Source: Felis catus (taxonomy: Eukaryota). Taken from it: DNA of 64,000 nucleotides. The stretch's first letter is position 1; the number at the start of each line of letters is the position of its first letter. Shown here in pieces: positions 35,976 to 48,913 of the stretch. The position numbers were made by a program, and so were the translations under genes. The stretch covers positions 205,656,001 to 205,720,000 of the forward strand of contig NC_058368.1 of the NCBI RefSeq assembly GCF_018350175.1, written 5' to 3'. Below the pieces are notes generated by a model. The model saw nothing but the letters and a program-made list of their open reading frames with translations. It was not told the DNA's origin and did not search any database.

Positions 35976-38518
35976 TTTGTGTCCTTAGTTTTAGAGTCTA
36001 GAATTTATGTGTCTTGAAGAATTTAGTTTCAAGTGAATATGGATTTCCAGGCAGAATTGCCAGTCTGTGCCTTCAGGTATCCGTTGAAGTAAGAAGGATT
36101 ATGCTAAGAATACAAGTCTGAGTTCTGGAATACCAAAGTCCCTTTAGAACAGTTAGCATTCTACTCTGGCAGAAGAGTTTGCTACTCTATAGTCTCTCTT
36201 ACTCATGGTCAAGACCTTGGGCCTCTATGAAATCTCTCCATCCTGCCAAGGAATAAGGACTTTTGAGGATAACCAGGAAGCTTTCTTGAGTTACCTTTCA
36301 GGCTAGAATGGCCAGCTACAGAAGAATCTAGTAAAGTATATCATTTAACCCCAAACTGTGAACTCTCCCAGAAATTAGTAATTTATTGAAAAATAGCTTG
36401 ACCAACCCCTTTTTTGGGGCACACTTAACTGAGAAATTTTTTTAAACACTGAGAAACAGTACTACTTTTCCTTGTGATTTTATTTGCTTCTTTTGCTGTT
36501 TATGCCTTTCTTTTTCCTGCCTCTTAACCTCTTCTGTAAAGTCAAGCTTACCCACAAACTATACATACATCCGTTGGCAGTGCACTTTAATATGTTGCTT
36601 GGATACAGATGTTTGGAACTATAGGAGCAAAATTTATACCTGATTCTGTTACTAAGGAAACCAGGGCAACTTAGGAATTTTCCTTTGGGAATCATGGCCA
36701 TAAACTGGAAAGAAATCTATTAAGACTTTTGGAAGAAGAAAGATAGGTAAGACATGGTTTAATTGTATTTCTACACTGGCAAGTTAATATTTATGAGCTT
36801 CTGTAGCCTTTTTCTGCCTGTGGTATAAATATTGCTACATGAATCTTTTTCAGTAAGTTTGATCACATTATATGTGGGGGTGGCCAGGGTATTTAAATAT
36901 AAACACAAATCACACTTGTAAAACATTTCCTAAACCAGACTATAAATAAAAGCATTCGTGCTTTAAGGGACAACAGTTACAGGATTTTAATTCTATAAAC
37001 CTTTCCTTCACAATCAGAGCATGGGATTTGCAGGAGAAATTCTTTGCTTATGTCAGCCCTACTGGCAAATCATCTCCAGGAGAAACAAACAAGAAGTTAA
37101 TTTGCAGAATCTATTTTGCTTCTCCAACTACAAGGACACATTACACCTGTCTGAGATTTCCGTCCATCCAAAACCCTGACTGGGTTTCTTAATGTTAGTG
37201 AGGCTGGCACTGCGAGAGGTAAGTTTAGTACAGCAAGAGAAACTCTGCCTGCCCAGGCTAGCTGATAGAACCTTTTAGCATGTATATGTAATCTTGTGCT
37301 GAAACAGAGCTCTTCATGAAAGCGAGAATGTTCTCTTCCAGACGGTGTCTTTGACAAAGCTCGGTGTTCTTGTTAGAGCTCTAGTCATCTTCTAAAAACT
37401 GCTGCAGCCCAACTGTAGGAAGTACCTTGTCTCTGAACACAGAGCCCAAACAGTGCTAAAAAGGGAAATGGAACATATGGTAATAAACTCTCTGAAGCTT
37501 GGATGCCGGGTTGTAATCAGCGACCAGGGTGAGAGAGGCATTGGCAAACATGAACTCTGCCCCTAGGGCCTCATTAACAAGGCCAACTGTGCCGCAGTGG
37601 AGGAAAACAGTATCACATACTCGAGGGAGATCACAGCCTGTCAGGGCAAATCCTAGATTTCCCTTTGGCTGGAGGGAACATTAACTGGAAGCAGAGGAAG
37701 CTTCCGCAAGAAGCTGGAAGAAAACCATGGCCCCCTTTGCCATACGTGTCTCTGCTTATTCAGAAATAATGATGATGAGCTTTTCAAAGTTTATTTCTGT
37801 CAAATGATGTATGCAGAGCACTGGAGGTAAGGGATCAGATTTGCTCTTTGGCTACCCCTACCTCTGGCATCACGGAGGTGGGAAGTCATTCTTTGCCTCA
37901 CCTTTCCCATAAGTGTAATGAGGAGGGCTGTCTGGCCTGAGTATTCTCTAGGATCCTCCTATATTCTGCTAAGATCCTCCATGCAACAGACATTTTTCCT
38001 CAAGGATGAGAGCAGTAGTGGGTGATTTTATGGGCACTGCCAACCAAGACCATGTGTCTATATTTCCTTTTGACTTCAAAAGGTATCTTTATGGGCAAGT
38101 ATTTCTGAGGCACACATGTATCTCTGTATACTGTGTACGTTGCACCAACTTCTGTTCTCTTCCTTTCTCTTCCTCTTCATCTTCTAACTTATTCTTGCTA
38201 ATGATAAATTTCCAAAATTCTCGGTACTATGCGCTAAAGATACACATCAAAATGAGAAAAAAAGTTTCAAGCTGGGTAATATCCCTGATCCTACCAACTG
38301 ATTTAGTCCCAGTGGCCTCTGGTTACCCATTCACAATCATATTATCTATTTGTATGCAGGGTTTTTTTTTTCTTTTGCATTTTACTGTGCAGTTCATAAC
38401 TGCTTCTTACCTCTTTCTACTCAAATGCACTTTATTTAGCAGCTTTTCTTTGAAAATAATAATATTATTCAGTCATCCCTTTTTTGTGCTTGTTATTTTC
38501 TTTAAATACAACATCACA

Positions 38519-38737
38519 GGGGCGCCTGGGTGGCTCAGTCGGTTAAGCGGCCGACTTCGGCTCAGCTCACGATCTCGCGGTCTGTGAGTTCGAGCCCCGC
38601 ATCAGGCTCTGTGCTGATAGCTCGGAGCCTGGAGCCTGTTTCAGATTCTGTGTCTCCCTCTCTCTGACCCTCCCCCGTTCATGCTCTGTCTCTCTCTGTC
38701 TCAAAAATAAATAAATGTTAAAAAAAATTAAAAAAAA
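38519..38737 (+). mobile_element. CanSINE (young SINEC_Fc-type)
   Basis: Full SINE; TSD aacatcaca. Confidence 0.97.
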
Positions 38738-40971
38738 AACATCACAATTAATGATTAAAATAAGTCTTTGGTATGAGTGTTATTATCTTCATTTTATAGA
38801 TGAGGAGGCAGAAGCTCCTAAAAGCTCTAAGTCACAGAGGGAGTGAGTAACAGTCTTGATTCGTAGGCAGCTCCCTGACTTCAAGATATGCGGCCATTTA
38901 ATTATATCAGGCTACCTTTCAGAGTAACCATTCTCTAGGGCTTCCATAGCACTGGTGATCACATGCCTCGTTCTGCCAGGAAATGGGGCTAGAAGTATAT
39001 GTGTATGGGTATGTGAGGGGGAGCTGACATTCAGGCACTTACCCCAGATTTCCCTCCATCCTTTCACTGTTTCTCTTCTAGGTTGATGATCTAAGATATT
39101 TAGAAATATTTGTAAATATTAAATATTTAGAAATGTTTTTAAGATATCAAGAAGACTTGATTGTAATTTACCTGGAGCAAGAGGACATCTGAAGCTCTTT
39201 CCAGAGCTATATGTTGATGCTCTAAGTGTGGCACATAGTGTAGATATTTGCAGCCATATGGTTACAGTGAAGTATGGAGTAGGGTATGAGAAAGTGGTTG
39301 AGAAGTCAAGAGAGACTTGTATTCTACCCTTATTTCCAAGGGTAACAAAATGTAAGACTTTGAACAAGTCACTAACCAATTTGCCTTCCTATTCCTCCTC
39401 TGTAAAATGATTAGTGAACTTTTTATATGGCTGCTTTAAAGGAAAATTAAAAACCTTCTAAAATCTGTGGCATAGAGAAGCTAACTAGATCTGTATAACA
39501 TTTATATTTCTTAAAGTCACTTAAACCTTTGTAGCATCTCTTAACAGCCCAGATGTGTTCTAGAAGATGGGTGTATCCACACCGAATGACTTTTCTGTGG
39601 GACTGGTAATTGAATGGAGAGAAAGGGGACAGAGCCCATGGTTGAAAATACCTCCAGACCCCAACTTTGGAGCTCAAGGTCATGATGCCTTTCTATCAAA
39701 TATCTTAGATCATGAACCAAGAATTTTGGAAATTTAGAGGAGAAACAGTGAAAGGATGGAGGGAAATCTGGGGTAAGTGCTTGAATTTCAGCTCCACCTC
39801 ACATACCCACACACATATACTTCTAGCTCCATTTCTTGGCAGAATGAGGCATGTGATTACCAGTGCTATTGATGCCCTGGAGAATGGTTGCTCTTGTTGG
39901 AGAGCATGTGTTGGGAAGTGCATCTCCTCTTGTTGAGAGAGATGCTCCCCAGGCAGAGCTGGAGAGACTACCCTACACTCTTCTAAACTGGGACATGTTC
40001 CACATAGGGCCTATTGTTGGTGCTTTGTGGATCCTTCCCTCCCAGAGCCCATGATAGTACTCTTCTTTGGAAGGGATAAAGAGGAGCCTCCTGCCACTAC
40101 CTATTAAAGAGCCATGCTTCCTTCCTCCTCCATGAATAGCGTTAATCTGCTTCTCTCTCCTGTCTGGATCATCTCTCTCATCTGTGGGGTCATATACTAA
40201 TAACAAAGCAAGATCTTTTATGTTAGGTCTCCCACCTTTTGGAAATGCTTGCAATGTATAGTTCTAAAAACTGCCAAACTTTATAATAAATGCCTATATA
40301 TTGAAAAAATGTATGCACTCTGAAGTTGCATCTTGAGAAAACACAAATTCCTCCATTTTTCCTCTGGATATTTTTCCAAACAAACTACTTAGTCTTTTGT
40401 TCAGTCTTCTGCTCATGCTACAACAGCAGCACCTGCCCAAGTGAGATGTGGAGCAGGCAAGGTTTATTCTCACATGTACAGACTCATATAGTCAACTATC
40501 TATTGGACATCTCCATACATTTCAGATGTACCTAAAACAACACTGGAACTTAGCATGTTTGTTGAGCTCTTGATTTTCCCTCCAGCACCAGCTATTTTCA
40601 TATTCTACATATCTACATTATTGACAACTGTCTTCTTTTAGTTACTGTAGCAAAAAATCTTGTGTCATCCTTGACTCCTCTCTCTCTTTCACACCCCATG
40701 ACCAATCTGTCAGCAAATTTTGTTAGCTCTACCTTCAAAAAATATCCAGAAACTAACGACTTCTTACCATCTCCACTGCCAATCCATCATCATCTCTCAC
40801 CAGGATTATTTCAAAAGCCTTATAAGCTGAATCCCTGCTTCCATTCTCTTCCACTATATATTTTTAACAGTGGCCGGAAAGGTCCTTTTAAGATAGAAGC
40901 CAGACCATGTTATCTTCTGATCAAAATCTTCCAAGGGTATCCGACATTACTTGGAATAAAACCCAAAGTCT

Positions 40972-41197
40972 GGGGCGCCTGGGTGGCGCAGTCGGTTAAG
41001 CGTCCGACTTCAGCCAGGTCACGATCTCGCGGTCCGTGAGTTCGAGCCCCGCGTCAGGCTCTGGGCTGATGGCTCAGAGCCTGGAGCCTGTTTCTGATTC
41101 TGTGTCTCCCTCTCTCTCTGCCCCTCCCCCGTTCATGCTCTGTCTCTCTCTGTCCCAAAAATAAATAAACGTTGAAAAAAAAAAAATTAAAAAAAAA
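40972..41197 (+). mobile_element. CanSINE, youngest SINEC_Fc type
   Basis: TSD aaaacccaaagtct at 40958-40971 and 41198-41211. Confidence 0.98.
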
Positions 41198-41518
41198 AAA
41201 ACCCAAAGTCTGCATATGATCTGGCTCCTTTATAACTTCTCAGAACTCATCTCCTACCACTTTACCCCTTGTTCATCTGCTCCAGCCATGCTGGCCTCCT
41301 TGCTTTTCTTTGAACACGTCTGGTATATTCCACAGAGTCTTTGCACATGCTCTTGTGCGACCATCCACAGGCTGGCTCCCTCGTCTTCAGATCTTTATGC
41401 AAATACTTCCTTTCATTGAGACTTATTTTGGCTACTCTATTTAAATGCATCTGACCCCTATTCACCACCTACACACATGTCATAATGAATTTTCCTCCTT
41501 CATTTTTCTGATAGCATC

Positions 41519-41975
41519 TGGTTTGGGTTGAATTGTGTCCCCAAACGCATCTATTGAAAATCCCAACCCCCTGTGCCTGTGAATATGACCTTATTTGGAA
41601 CTAGTGTCTTTGTCCATTTAATCAAGTTAAGATGAGGTCATGAGGGTAGGCTGTAAGCCAGTATGACTTATGCCTTTATGACAGGAGGAAAACATCATAG
41701 AAAGACAGAGACACACAGGGAGAATGAGAAGTGACAACAGAGGCAGGGATTGGAGTAATGCAGTTGCAAGCTAAGGAAAGCCAACTATTGATGTTCACCA
41801 CCAGAAACTAGGAAGAGGCAGGAAAGGAGTCTACTCAGAGTTCTAGAGGGAGCATGGTCTCACTAACACCTTGATTTCAGACTGCTAGCCTCCAGATTAT
41901 GAGAGAATGAACTTTTGTTGTTTTAAGCCAGCTAGCTGTAGTACATTATTATGGAAGCTTTGGCAAACTAATACA
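41519..41975 (+). mobile_element. MLT1C-like solo LTR, full length
   Basis: 'tggtttgggttgaattgtgtcccc...tgaccttatttgga...caccttgatttcagactgctagcctccaga...aaactaataca'. Confidence 0.9.
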
Positions 41976-42829
41976 GTATGTATCACACCTTCTGATATAC
42001 TACATATTTTACATGTTTGTTGTATTTATCGTCTGTCTCCCCAACATGGTAGAGTAAACTCCAAGGAGGACACACCATTTCTGGCTCCCTAGTCCATACT
42101 GCTCTGATCTCTGCGGGGTTCCACTCAATTCGACTTCTGCCTAGGATTAATTGATCCTAATGCTTCTGGATGAACCTGCAGAGAAATTTCATGAAGATAT
42201 GAACTGAACTCAAAGCAAGAAGTGGACATTCTACCTTCTAAGGATAGTGGAAGAATAATTTGGAATTGTATAAAATTTGGAGACGACAGACTACAGTGCT
42301 GTAAAGGAAGTCTTCCATTTGGACTCCCAGATAATACTGCCCATGTGCCCAGACCACATAGTGTAAAGGGTTAGGTAAGTGCCTGTGTATTAGATGAAGA
42401 AAATCATGATGGATTGGTTGGACACAGAAGGATATATACCACAGAGAATTCCTGATAGCTCTGAAGATATCTTGTCAAAAATTTACGTGTTTTTAATTTT
42501 TCCTCAGTGTTGGTTTTAATAGCTTTTAATTTTTTTTCACAGCACTTAAAGTGTCTCAATAACACTATGCCTCAAAGGAAATGTATTGTCTTTGTAACAC
42601 AATATTATACGCATTATTGAATTCTGAAGCTAAACCTGCTAGAAGAGCAATGCAAAATGAACAAAGCATTCTCTAGAATGCTTCAAACAACACCAAAAAG
42701 ATATGTTGTCCATCTATCACCCAGAAGATGCACTATACCTTATTTCTGGTCTGTAAATACAAATAGAAAATTATTAAGGAGAGAGAAAAATTTAAAAAAA
42801 ATCTGAAAAATAAAATGAGGATTCTTAGG

Positions 42830-43050
42830 GCAATATAATGCAAAGTTTGGGGGAACAAGACTATGGAATTAGAGCTGGGTTTGAATTCTGGTTCCAAGAC
42901 TCAGTAGCTGTGGAGTTACATGATAATAATAATATTATGTTAGTGACGACTAGTACACGCTTAAAGTGTTGTTGTAAGTTAAAGTGGGTTGTAAATTAAA
43001 TACACATGAAAAATACTTAGCTTCGTCCTCAGAAAGTGGCACCTGTTATT
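42830..43050 (+). mobile_element. MIR (decayed)
   Basis: 'tggaattagagctgggtttgaattctggttcc...agtagctgtgg'. Confidence 0.6.
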
Positions 43051-43668
43051 GCTATGTCTTCCAATGCAATTGCTATCTATAGGTGAGATTTATTTTAATC
43101 TCTTGTGAAAGAACATTGAGAGAGAGACTCAGTTCGCTACTGTAGAGCCGCTCAGAATCTCCTTTCAGGCTGTGATCTGAATGTGCTTGTTGACAATGAC
43201 TATTATTGGGATAAAGGAATCATGTACAGTCTTCTGATTAACTACTGTATCACTTCCCATCATTGTCCTTTTCATCTTATTTGATATAAATATGTAACCT
43301 AATGATCCTTTCACTTAAATCTCTCCTTTGATGGGGAGATTTTCAAAGTGCTTTTTCAGAAATTCATTAATTAGGCAAGTCTACCCATTTTTCTAGAGCC
43401 TATTACTGAGATACTTGAAGAACTTTGGGGACTAGGAAATTCCCCCTAATTTTCTAGAGGAGATGGAGAGACAGTCTCACAAATTTCAGAGTATATCATG
43501 TATAGGAGGAAAAGGGTTATTCTTGGAATTAACCTTATCACTGTTTTCATATTAACGTTTATTTGCAAGTTCCCTTGAAAAGCTTTCACCATATGCATGA
43601 ATTGACCAAGTCTATCATGACAATTAGACCCTCCTGGAAACTGTGCCTCCCTATTTTGATTATCTTCC

Positions 43669-43853
43669 TTTTTTTAAAAACATTTATTTATTTTTGAGAG
43701 AGAAAGAGAGAGAGGAAGACACAGAATTCAAAGCAGGTTCCAGGCTCCAAACTGTCAGTGCAGAGCCCGACGCGGGGTTCAAGCTCACAAACAGTTAGAT
43801 TGTGACCTGAGCTGAAGTCTGATGCTCAACCAACTGAGCCACCCAGGCTTCCC
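43669..43853 (-). mobile_element. CanSINE
   Basis: Antisense SINE. TSD tgattatct at 43657-43665 and 43854-43862. Confidence 0.94.
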
Positions 43854-44018
43854 TGATTATCTCCTCTTTAAGGCCTGGCATCATGGACTCTGATTTCCCA
43901 GCAACACTTTCACCTCTCTGATTTCATATCATGGCAAATGTCTAATTGGGGGTTCAATTTTCCCCTTAACTAGATGTAGCTGGTTGTTAGATAACTGTGA
44001 ACTTAAAAATACTCAGCT

Positions 44019-44124
44019 GGGGCCACCTGGGTTGCTTAGTCAGTTAAGCATCTGACTTTGGCTCAGGGCATGATCTCGGGGTTCATGAGTTTGAGTTCTA
44101 TACTGACAGTGCAGAGCCTGCTTG

Positions 44125-44161
<37 letters not shown>

Positions 44162-44222
44162 TCCTCCCCCACTTGTATTTTCTCTCTCTTTCTCTCTCAA
44201 AATAAATAAACTTAAAAAAAAA
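44019..44222 (+). mobile_element. CanSINE with an internal deletion
   Basis: SINE head, (CT)n linker and aataaa/poly-A tail. Confidence 0.92.
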
Positions 44223-44874
44223 CCCAGCAAAAAACTACTAGGCTAAAGGAAACCACCAGGTTGCAGATGATCCAGGAACTTCATTGAACCTGAGTTTTGG
44301 CTGGCAATCTGAGCAGAGAGCTTGGCTGTCAACGAATGAAGCATGTTTTAATTAGGAAGCTTTATTACATCATTACAGGGAGTAAAGAGAGTGTGGTTTG
44401 AGAGATTGCAGGATTGCAGGCTAGATGCTTAAGGAGGCTCTCCTGCCATGAGACCCTTGTCAGAATCTGACCTTTGTCATTCTGTAAGATGATAAGACAG
44501 AAAAAGTGCTATCTTCCTTGGTTTGTATGGTGGTTAAGAAAATAACCAGATTTTTTGAAATTGCAGTAAAAGTGCCCTTCTTCAGAATTATTTTGGAAAA
44601 AGAGTGTGAGATCATTGCTGTGCCCTCTTCAGGAAATCCACACCCTAAGATTGCATGCTTCTCGCTTTGCTTGGGTATCTCTACTCAAATGCCTCCTCCT
44701 CTATCTTTCTTTGTGGAACACATTACAACCTTCTCGTTATAATTTATATTTGTAGGGTTATTATTTATTGTCACCTCTACTGGAACATGAAGTTTATGAT
44801 GGCACAGACTTGAGATGGTCATCACTCCGTTGCCAGTAAATAATCATTAAATGAAAATTGAAAGATTTGAAGGA

Positions 44875-45058
44875 GGGTCTGGGCGGCTCAGTCAGTCATC
44901 CAACTTTGGCTCAGGTCATGATCTCATGGTTCGTGAGCTCCAGCCCCGTATCGGGCTCTGCACTGTCAGTGCAGGGCCTGTTTGGAATTATCTTTCTGCC
45001 CCTCCCCCCACTCGTGCTTTCTCTCTCTCAAAATAAATAAACAAAAAAAAAAAAAAGG
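44875..45058 (+). mobile_element. CanSINE with small deletions
   Basis: TSD aaaga(t/c)ttgaagga. Confidence 0.92.
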
Positions 45059-45944
45059 AAAAGACTTGAAGGAGGTGGTGGAGAGATGTTAGATGCATGG
45101 TGTACGATAATCAAATGGACACAACTAGCTGGTCTGGGGGCTATCAGGCCTAGTTTGAAAAAGAAGTTTTATGAAAACCTGACTAGTCTTGTAAGAGCAT
45201 AGTTTCTGTCACTGTGGTAATGAGAAGCAGGAAGAATTATAATATACAAATAATCCTAAGAAACTCTTAAATTTTAGCCAATAGCTTAACCTCTCTGCCA
45301 AAATAACCTGCCTCCTATTTTCTGCATTATTTTTCATTACCCCAGTCAGAAGAGGGAAGAGTTGAGCTAAGGAAAACATCAGAGAGTAAGGGAAGGCTGG
45401 CTACTGGAAGTGTTGGGGCTGGTAGGGACTTGGTGTGAAAGGTAAGTGTTGAGGCTTTCTGTCTCAGGTGGCTGATGACAATAGCCTGATACATCGGATT
45501 TACTCTCCTGTTCTCCATGGCTCCTTCCTTCCTTCCTCACTGCTAAACCTTATTTGAACCTTCCTCCTTTGCTTTCCTTTCTTATTAGTATCTTTCTTTC
45601 CATCCTGCCTTCATGACTGGGCAGCAGATGACTCAGGCTCCCTCTGGGAGAAGTCAGAGTATGAGGTTTGGAGCTAAAGGACAGGGACACCAAAATAGTA
45701 TCTGTTCTTTTAGTTATTGGCTGAGCTGGCCAGATTCTGTGTTTGGGGGGTTGGGTATAAATCATTCGTTTTTCCAGTTTGACTTTTGCCCAGGGAGTGG
45801 TAAGAATGGAATAAATCTTAAATGCATTTTTAAAAAGTATACTTATGCTCTTCTCTGTGTGTCTGCTTTGAATAAGTTTATTGTCTACTGTTAACTTTAG
45901 TGAAAAATATGAGACGATGATGGCAATTATGAGGGCTATCATTT

Positions 45945-46105
45945 TTGAACACGAATGTTTCAGTCCTTGTACTAAGCGCTATATTTGAATAATTTATTTT
46001 TTAATAGTTTTAACAATGAAGGTGGGTATTAGTATCAGCTCCATTTTACAGCGAAGGAAATTCAAATTTAGGTTTAGGAACTTGCTCAAACTCGAGCTAA
46101 TAAAA
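45945..46105 (-). mobile_element. MIR
   Basis: 'tgtactaagcgct...gaaggtgggtattagtatcagctccattttacagcgaaggaaatt'. Confidence 0.7.
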
Positions 46106-46114
46106 AACAAAGTT

Positions 46115-46969
46115 TGCGGTTCAACATAGGTAATACACCACATTAGTAGAATGAAGTATAAAACACACATGATTATTTCAGTTGATGCAGAAAAAGCTTT
46201 TGAAAACTTCAACAACCTTTCGTGATAGAAACAATCATTAAACTAGGGATAGAGGGAAACGATTCGAAAATGTTGGCAAGGATGTGGAGAAATTAGAACT
46301 CTTGTAAGTGATTGGTAGGGATGGAAAACGGTGGAAAAGGGTGGAAAACGGTATGGAAACTATGGAAAACAGTATGTCAGTTCCTCCAAAAATTATAAAT
46401 AGAATTAACATATGATCCAGCATTCTCAATTCTGGGTATATATCCCAAAGAATTGAAAGCAGTGTCCTGAGGACATGTTTGCATACCCAAGGTTATAGTG
46501 ACTCTATTCACAATAGACAAGAGGTAAGAAGCAACCCAAATGCCCATTGATGGATGAATGGATTCACAAAATGTGGTGCATATATACAGTGTAATATTAT
46601 TCTACCTTAAAAAGGAAGGAAATTCTGACACATGGTATACCATGAATGAAACGTAAGGACCTTATGCTAAAGTGAACATAAGCTAGTCACAAAAGGACAA
46701 ACGTTATAGGATTCCACTTATGTGAGTTACCCATATTAGCCAAATTAAAAAAGATGAAGTAAAGTGGTGGGCAGGGGCTGGGAAAAGAGAGAATGGTGAG
46801 TGAATGAAGGAACAAACAGTTCAGGAAGATGAAAAAAGTTCTACAGATGGATTGATCACGATTGTTGTACAATGTGAATGCATTTAATGCCACAGAACAT
46901 GCACTTAAAATGGTTCAAATATTAAGGTTTAAGTTATGTATATCTTGCGACAATTAAAAAAATAAAGTT
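46115..46969 (+). mobile_element. Old L1 (L1MB-like): short mid-ORF2 piece joined to the 3' end
   Basis: 'cacatgattatttcagttgatgcagaaaaagcttttga' encodes HMIISxDAEKAF. It is followed by 'tgttggcaaggatgtggagaaattagaactc' and the 3' UTR up to 'cacttaaaatggt'. Confidence 0.85.
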
Positions 46970-46970
46970 A

Positions 46971-47198
46971 GGGGGCGCCTGGGTGGCGCAGTCGGTTAAG
47001 CGTCTGACTTCAGCCAGGTCACGATCTCGCGGTCCGTGAGTTCGAGCCCTGCGTCGGGCTCTGGGCTGATGGCTTGGAGCCTGGAGCCTGTTTCTGATTC
47101 TGTGTCTCCCTCTCTCTCTGCCCCTTGCCCGTTCATGCTCTGTCTCTCTCTGTCCCAAAATAAATAAAAAAACAAAACAAAACAAAAAAAAGTTGGAA
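46971..47198 (+). mobile_element. CanSINE, youngest SINEC_Fc type, inserted in an L1 A-tail
   Basis: TSD aaaaaaataaagtt at 46956-46969 and 47199-47212. Confidence 0.97.
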
Positions 47199-47924
47199 AA
47201 AAAAATAAAGTTGGGACTTATACTTGAAATTTGTTAAAAAATGCTTTGAGAACCCAGCGTGCTCAGAGCACTTGGCAGAACTACAAAGTAACAACTCTTC
47301 TATTGAGCCCACGGATTCTGAGTGTCTTCTGTGTTTTGGTCCAAAATGCCTGACCAATGTGATACAGAAACCAGTATTAAAAAATGGGTAAGACTTCCAT
47401 TTCACAGTCAAAATGCCTAATTTCAAGTCCCACTGTTCATGCATGAGATTGCATTGTCTGTTAATTGGGTACCATCCTTCTGATGCCCTGATATGAGTGG
47501 TAATTTCAGAAACTTCTGAGGCACATATCAGTTGCACTGCTTGTTTGGACATAGTTCAGGTGTGGCCTGTACCACAACTTTATGAATGAGGTTTTGAGGC
47601 AAGAGCTATTCTTTCACACCTCATGTCCTTACTTTTAGAAAATATTTTGTGAACAAATTCAGTAGACAATGGAGTGGACGTAGATTCGGTATGGTTTAGC
47701 CTTTTGAAGTCTAGACTTAGCAATACGTGAGACTTTTCAGTGGGCTATTGTAAAAGAGGTTGTTGTTTTTCTTTTCTTTTCCGATGTGCTTAACAGAAAC
47801 TAAATATCTAAAACCAGCTTCAGCCTCTGCTTTAATGACTTCCAACCACCAACATGGAAAAGGGTATCCAGAAGAATTTTAGGAAAGTTAAAACTTATTC
47901 AGTGCATGGAGGGGTCATACATGC

Positions 47925-48075
47925 AACTTCTAATTATGGCCTTCTATACTATTTGTTGGCTGTGTGACATCGAGCAAGTTAAGTAACCTTCCTGAGCCTC
48001 AGTTTCTTTATCTTAAAGTGGGTTTTGTAATAGTATCTACTGCACAGGGTGGTGGTGAGGATTAAATGAGATGAT
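47925..48075 (+). mobile_element. MIR core
   Basis: 'ggctgtgtgacatcgagcaagtt...ctgagcctcagtttctttatct...gtgaggattaaatgagat'. Confidence 0.85.
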
Positions 48076-48449
48076 CCCAAATGGTCTTTCTATTTTTACC
48101 CTTGCTGTCTTAACACTATTTTAACACAGCACTAATAGTTACAGGCATACTTTTAAGTCAGACCATGTTGCATCTTTGCTCAGTACTAGAATGGCTTGCC
48201 ATTTTGCTTAGAGGGAAAGCCAAAGTCTGCATAGTGGTCTGCAAGGTCAGATGTGATCTGGCCCCTCTAACCTCTCTGCTATCCACTTTTACTATTTTCT
48301 GGTCTCTTCCCATTAGCAATTGTGACCTTCAGTGTCTAGGGATATTCCTGCCTAGAAGCTTTTCTGGAGGCTTATCCTTCTCTATGGAACGTTCTTTACC
48401 CCCATTATGAACCTAGCTCATTCTTTACCTGCTTTAAAATTTTATTTCA

Positions 48450-48683
48450 GGTGCCTGGGTGGCTTCCTCAGTTGAGCGTCTGACTCTTGGTTTTTGGCTC
48501 AGGTCATGAGCCAGGGTCGTGGGATCAAGCCCTGCATCAGGCTCCATGTGCCACACTGAGCGTGGAGCCTGCTTAAGATTCGCTCTCCCTCTACCCCTTT
48601 CCACCATTTGTGCTCTAAATCTCTTTCTCACTCTCTGTCTCTCTCTCGCTTGCTCTCTCTCATATAAAAAAAAAACAAACCAA
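48450..48683 (+). mobile_element. Older CanSINE (host of a nested SINE)
   Basis: TSD aaaa(t/c)tttatttca at 48436-48449 and 48921-48934 brackets both SINEs. Confidence 0.93.
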
Positions 48684-48913
48684 GGGGCGCCTGGGTGGCG
48701 CAGTCGGTTAAGCGTCCGACTTCAGCCAGGTCACGATCTCACGGTCCGTGAGTTCGAGCCCCGCGTCGGGCTCTGGGCTGATGGCTCGGAGCCTGGAGCC
48801 TGTTTCCGATTCTGTGTCTCCCTCTCTTCTGCCCCTCCCCCGTTCATGCTCTGTCTCTCTCTGTCCCCAAAATAAATAAAAACGTTGAAAAAAAAATTAA
48901 AAAAAAAAAAAAC
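48684..48913 (+). mobile_element. CanSINE, youngest SINEC_Fc type, inserted in the tail of the older SINE
   Basis: TSD caaaccaa at 48676-48683 and 48914-48921. Confidence 0.97.

Larger units (their letters stand above)
40470..42090 (+). mobile_element. L2 3' portion, split by a CanSINE and an MLT1 LTR
   Basis: 'cagactcatatagtcaactatctattggacatctcc...gtcatccttgactcctctctc...tgatctggctcc...ctccagccatgctggcctccttgct...tgtctccccaac'. Confidence 0.85.

Noticed and set aside
37108..37218. Possible exon (tttgcag ... GAG/gtaagt)
   Set aside because: Stops in all three frames. Splice-like motifs are frequent by chance and there is no transcript evidence.
38006..38587. 193-aa ORF
   Set aside because: T-rich low-complexity frame (F/L/I/S) that runs into a SINE, with no recognisable domain or splice structure.
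39850..40220. Possible ancient LTR relic
   Set aside because: The composition is suggestive, but I cannot match termini or a family consensus.
42145..42374. Possible exon with a gtaagt donor and an LLDEP (Walker-B-like) peptide
   Set aside because: The LLDEP frame closes within about 10 codons and no other ABC motifs are present. All frames contain stops.
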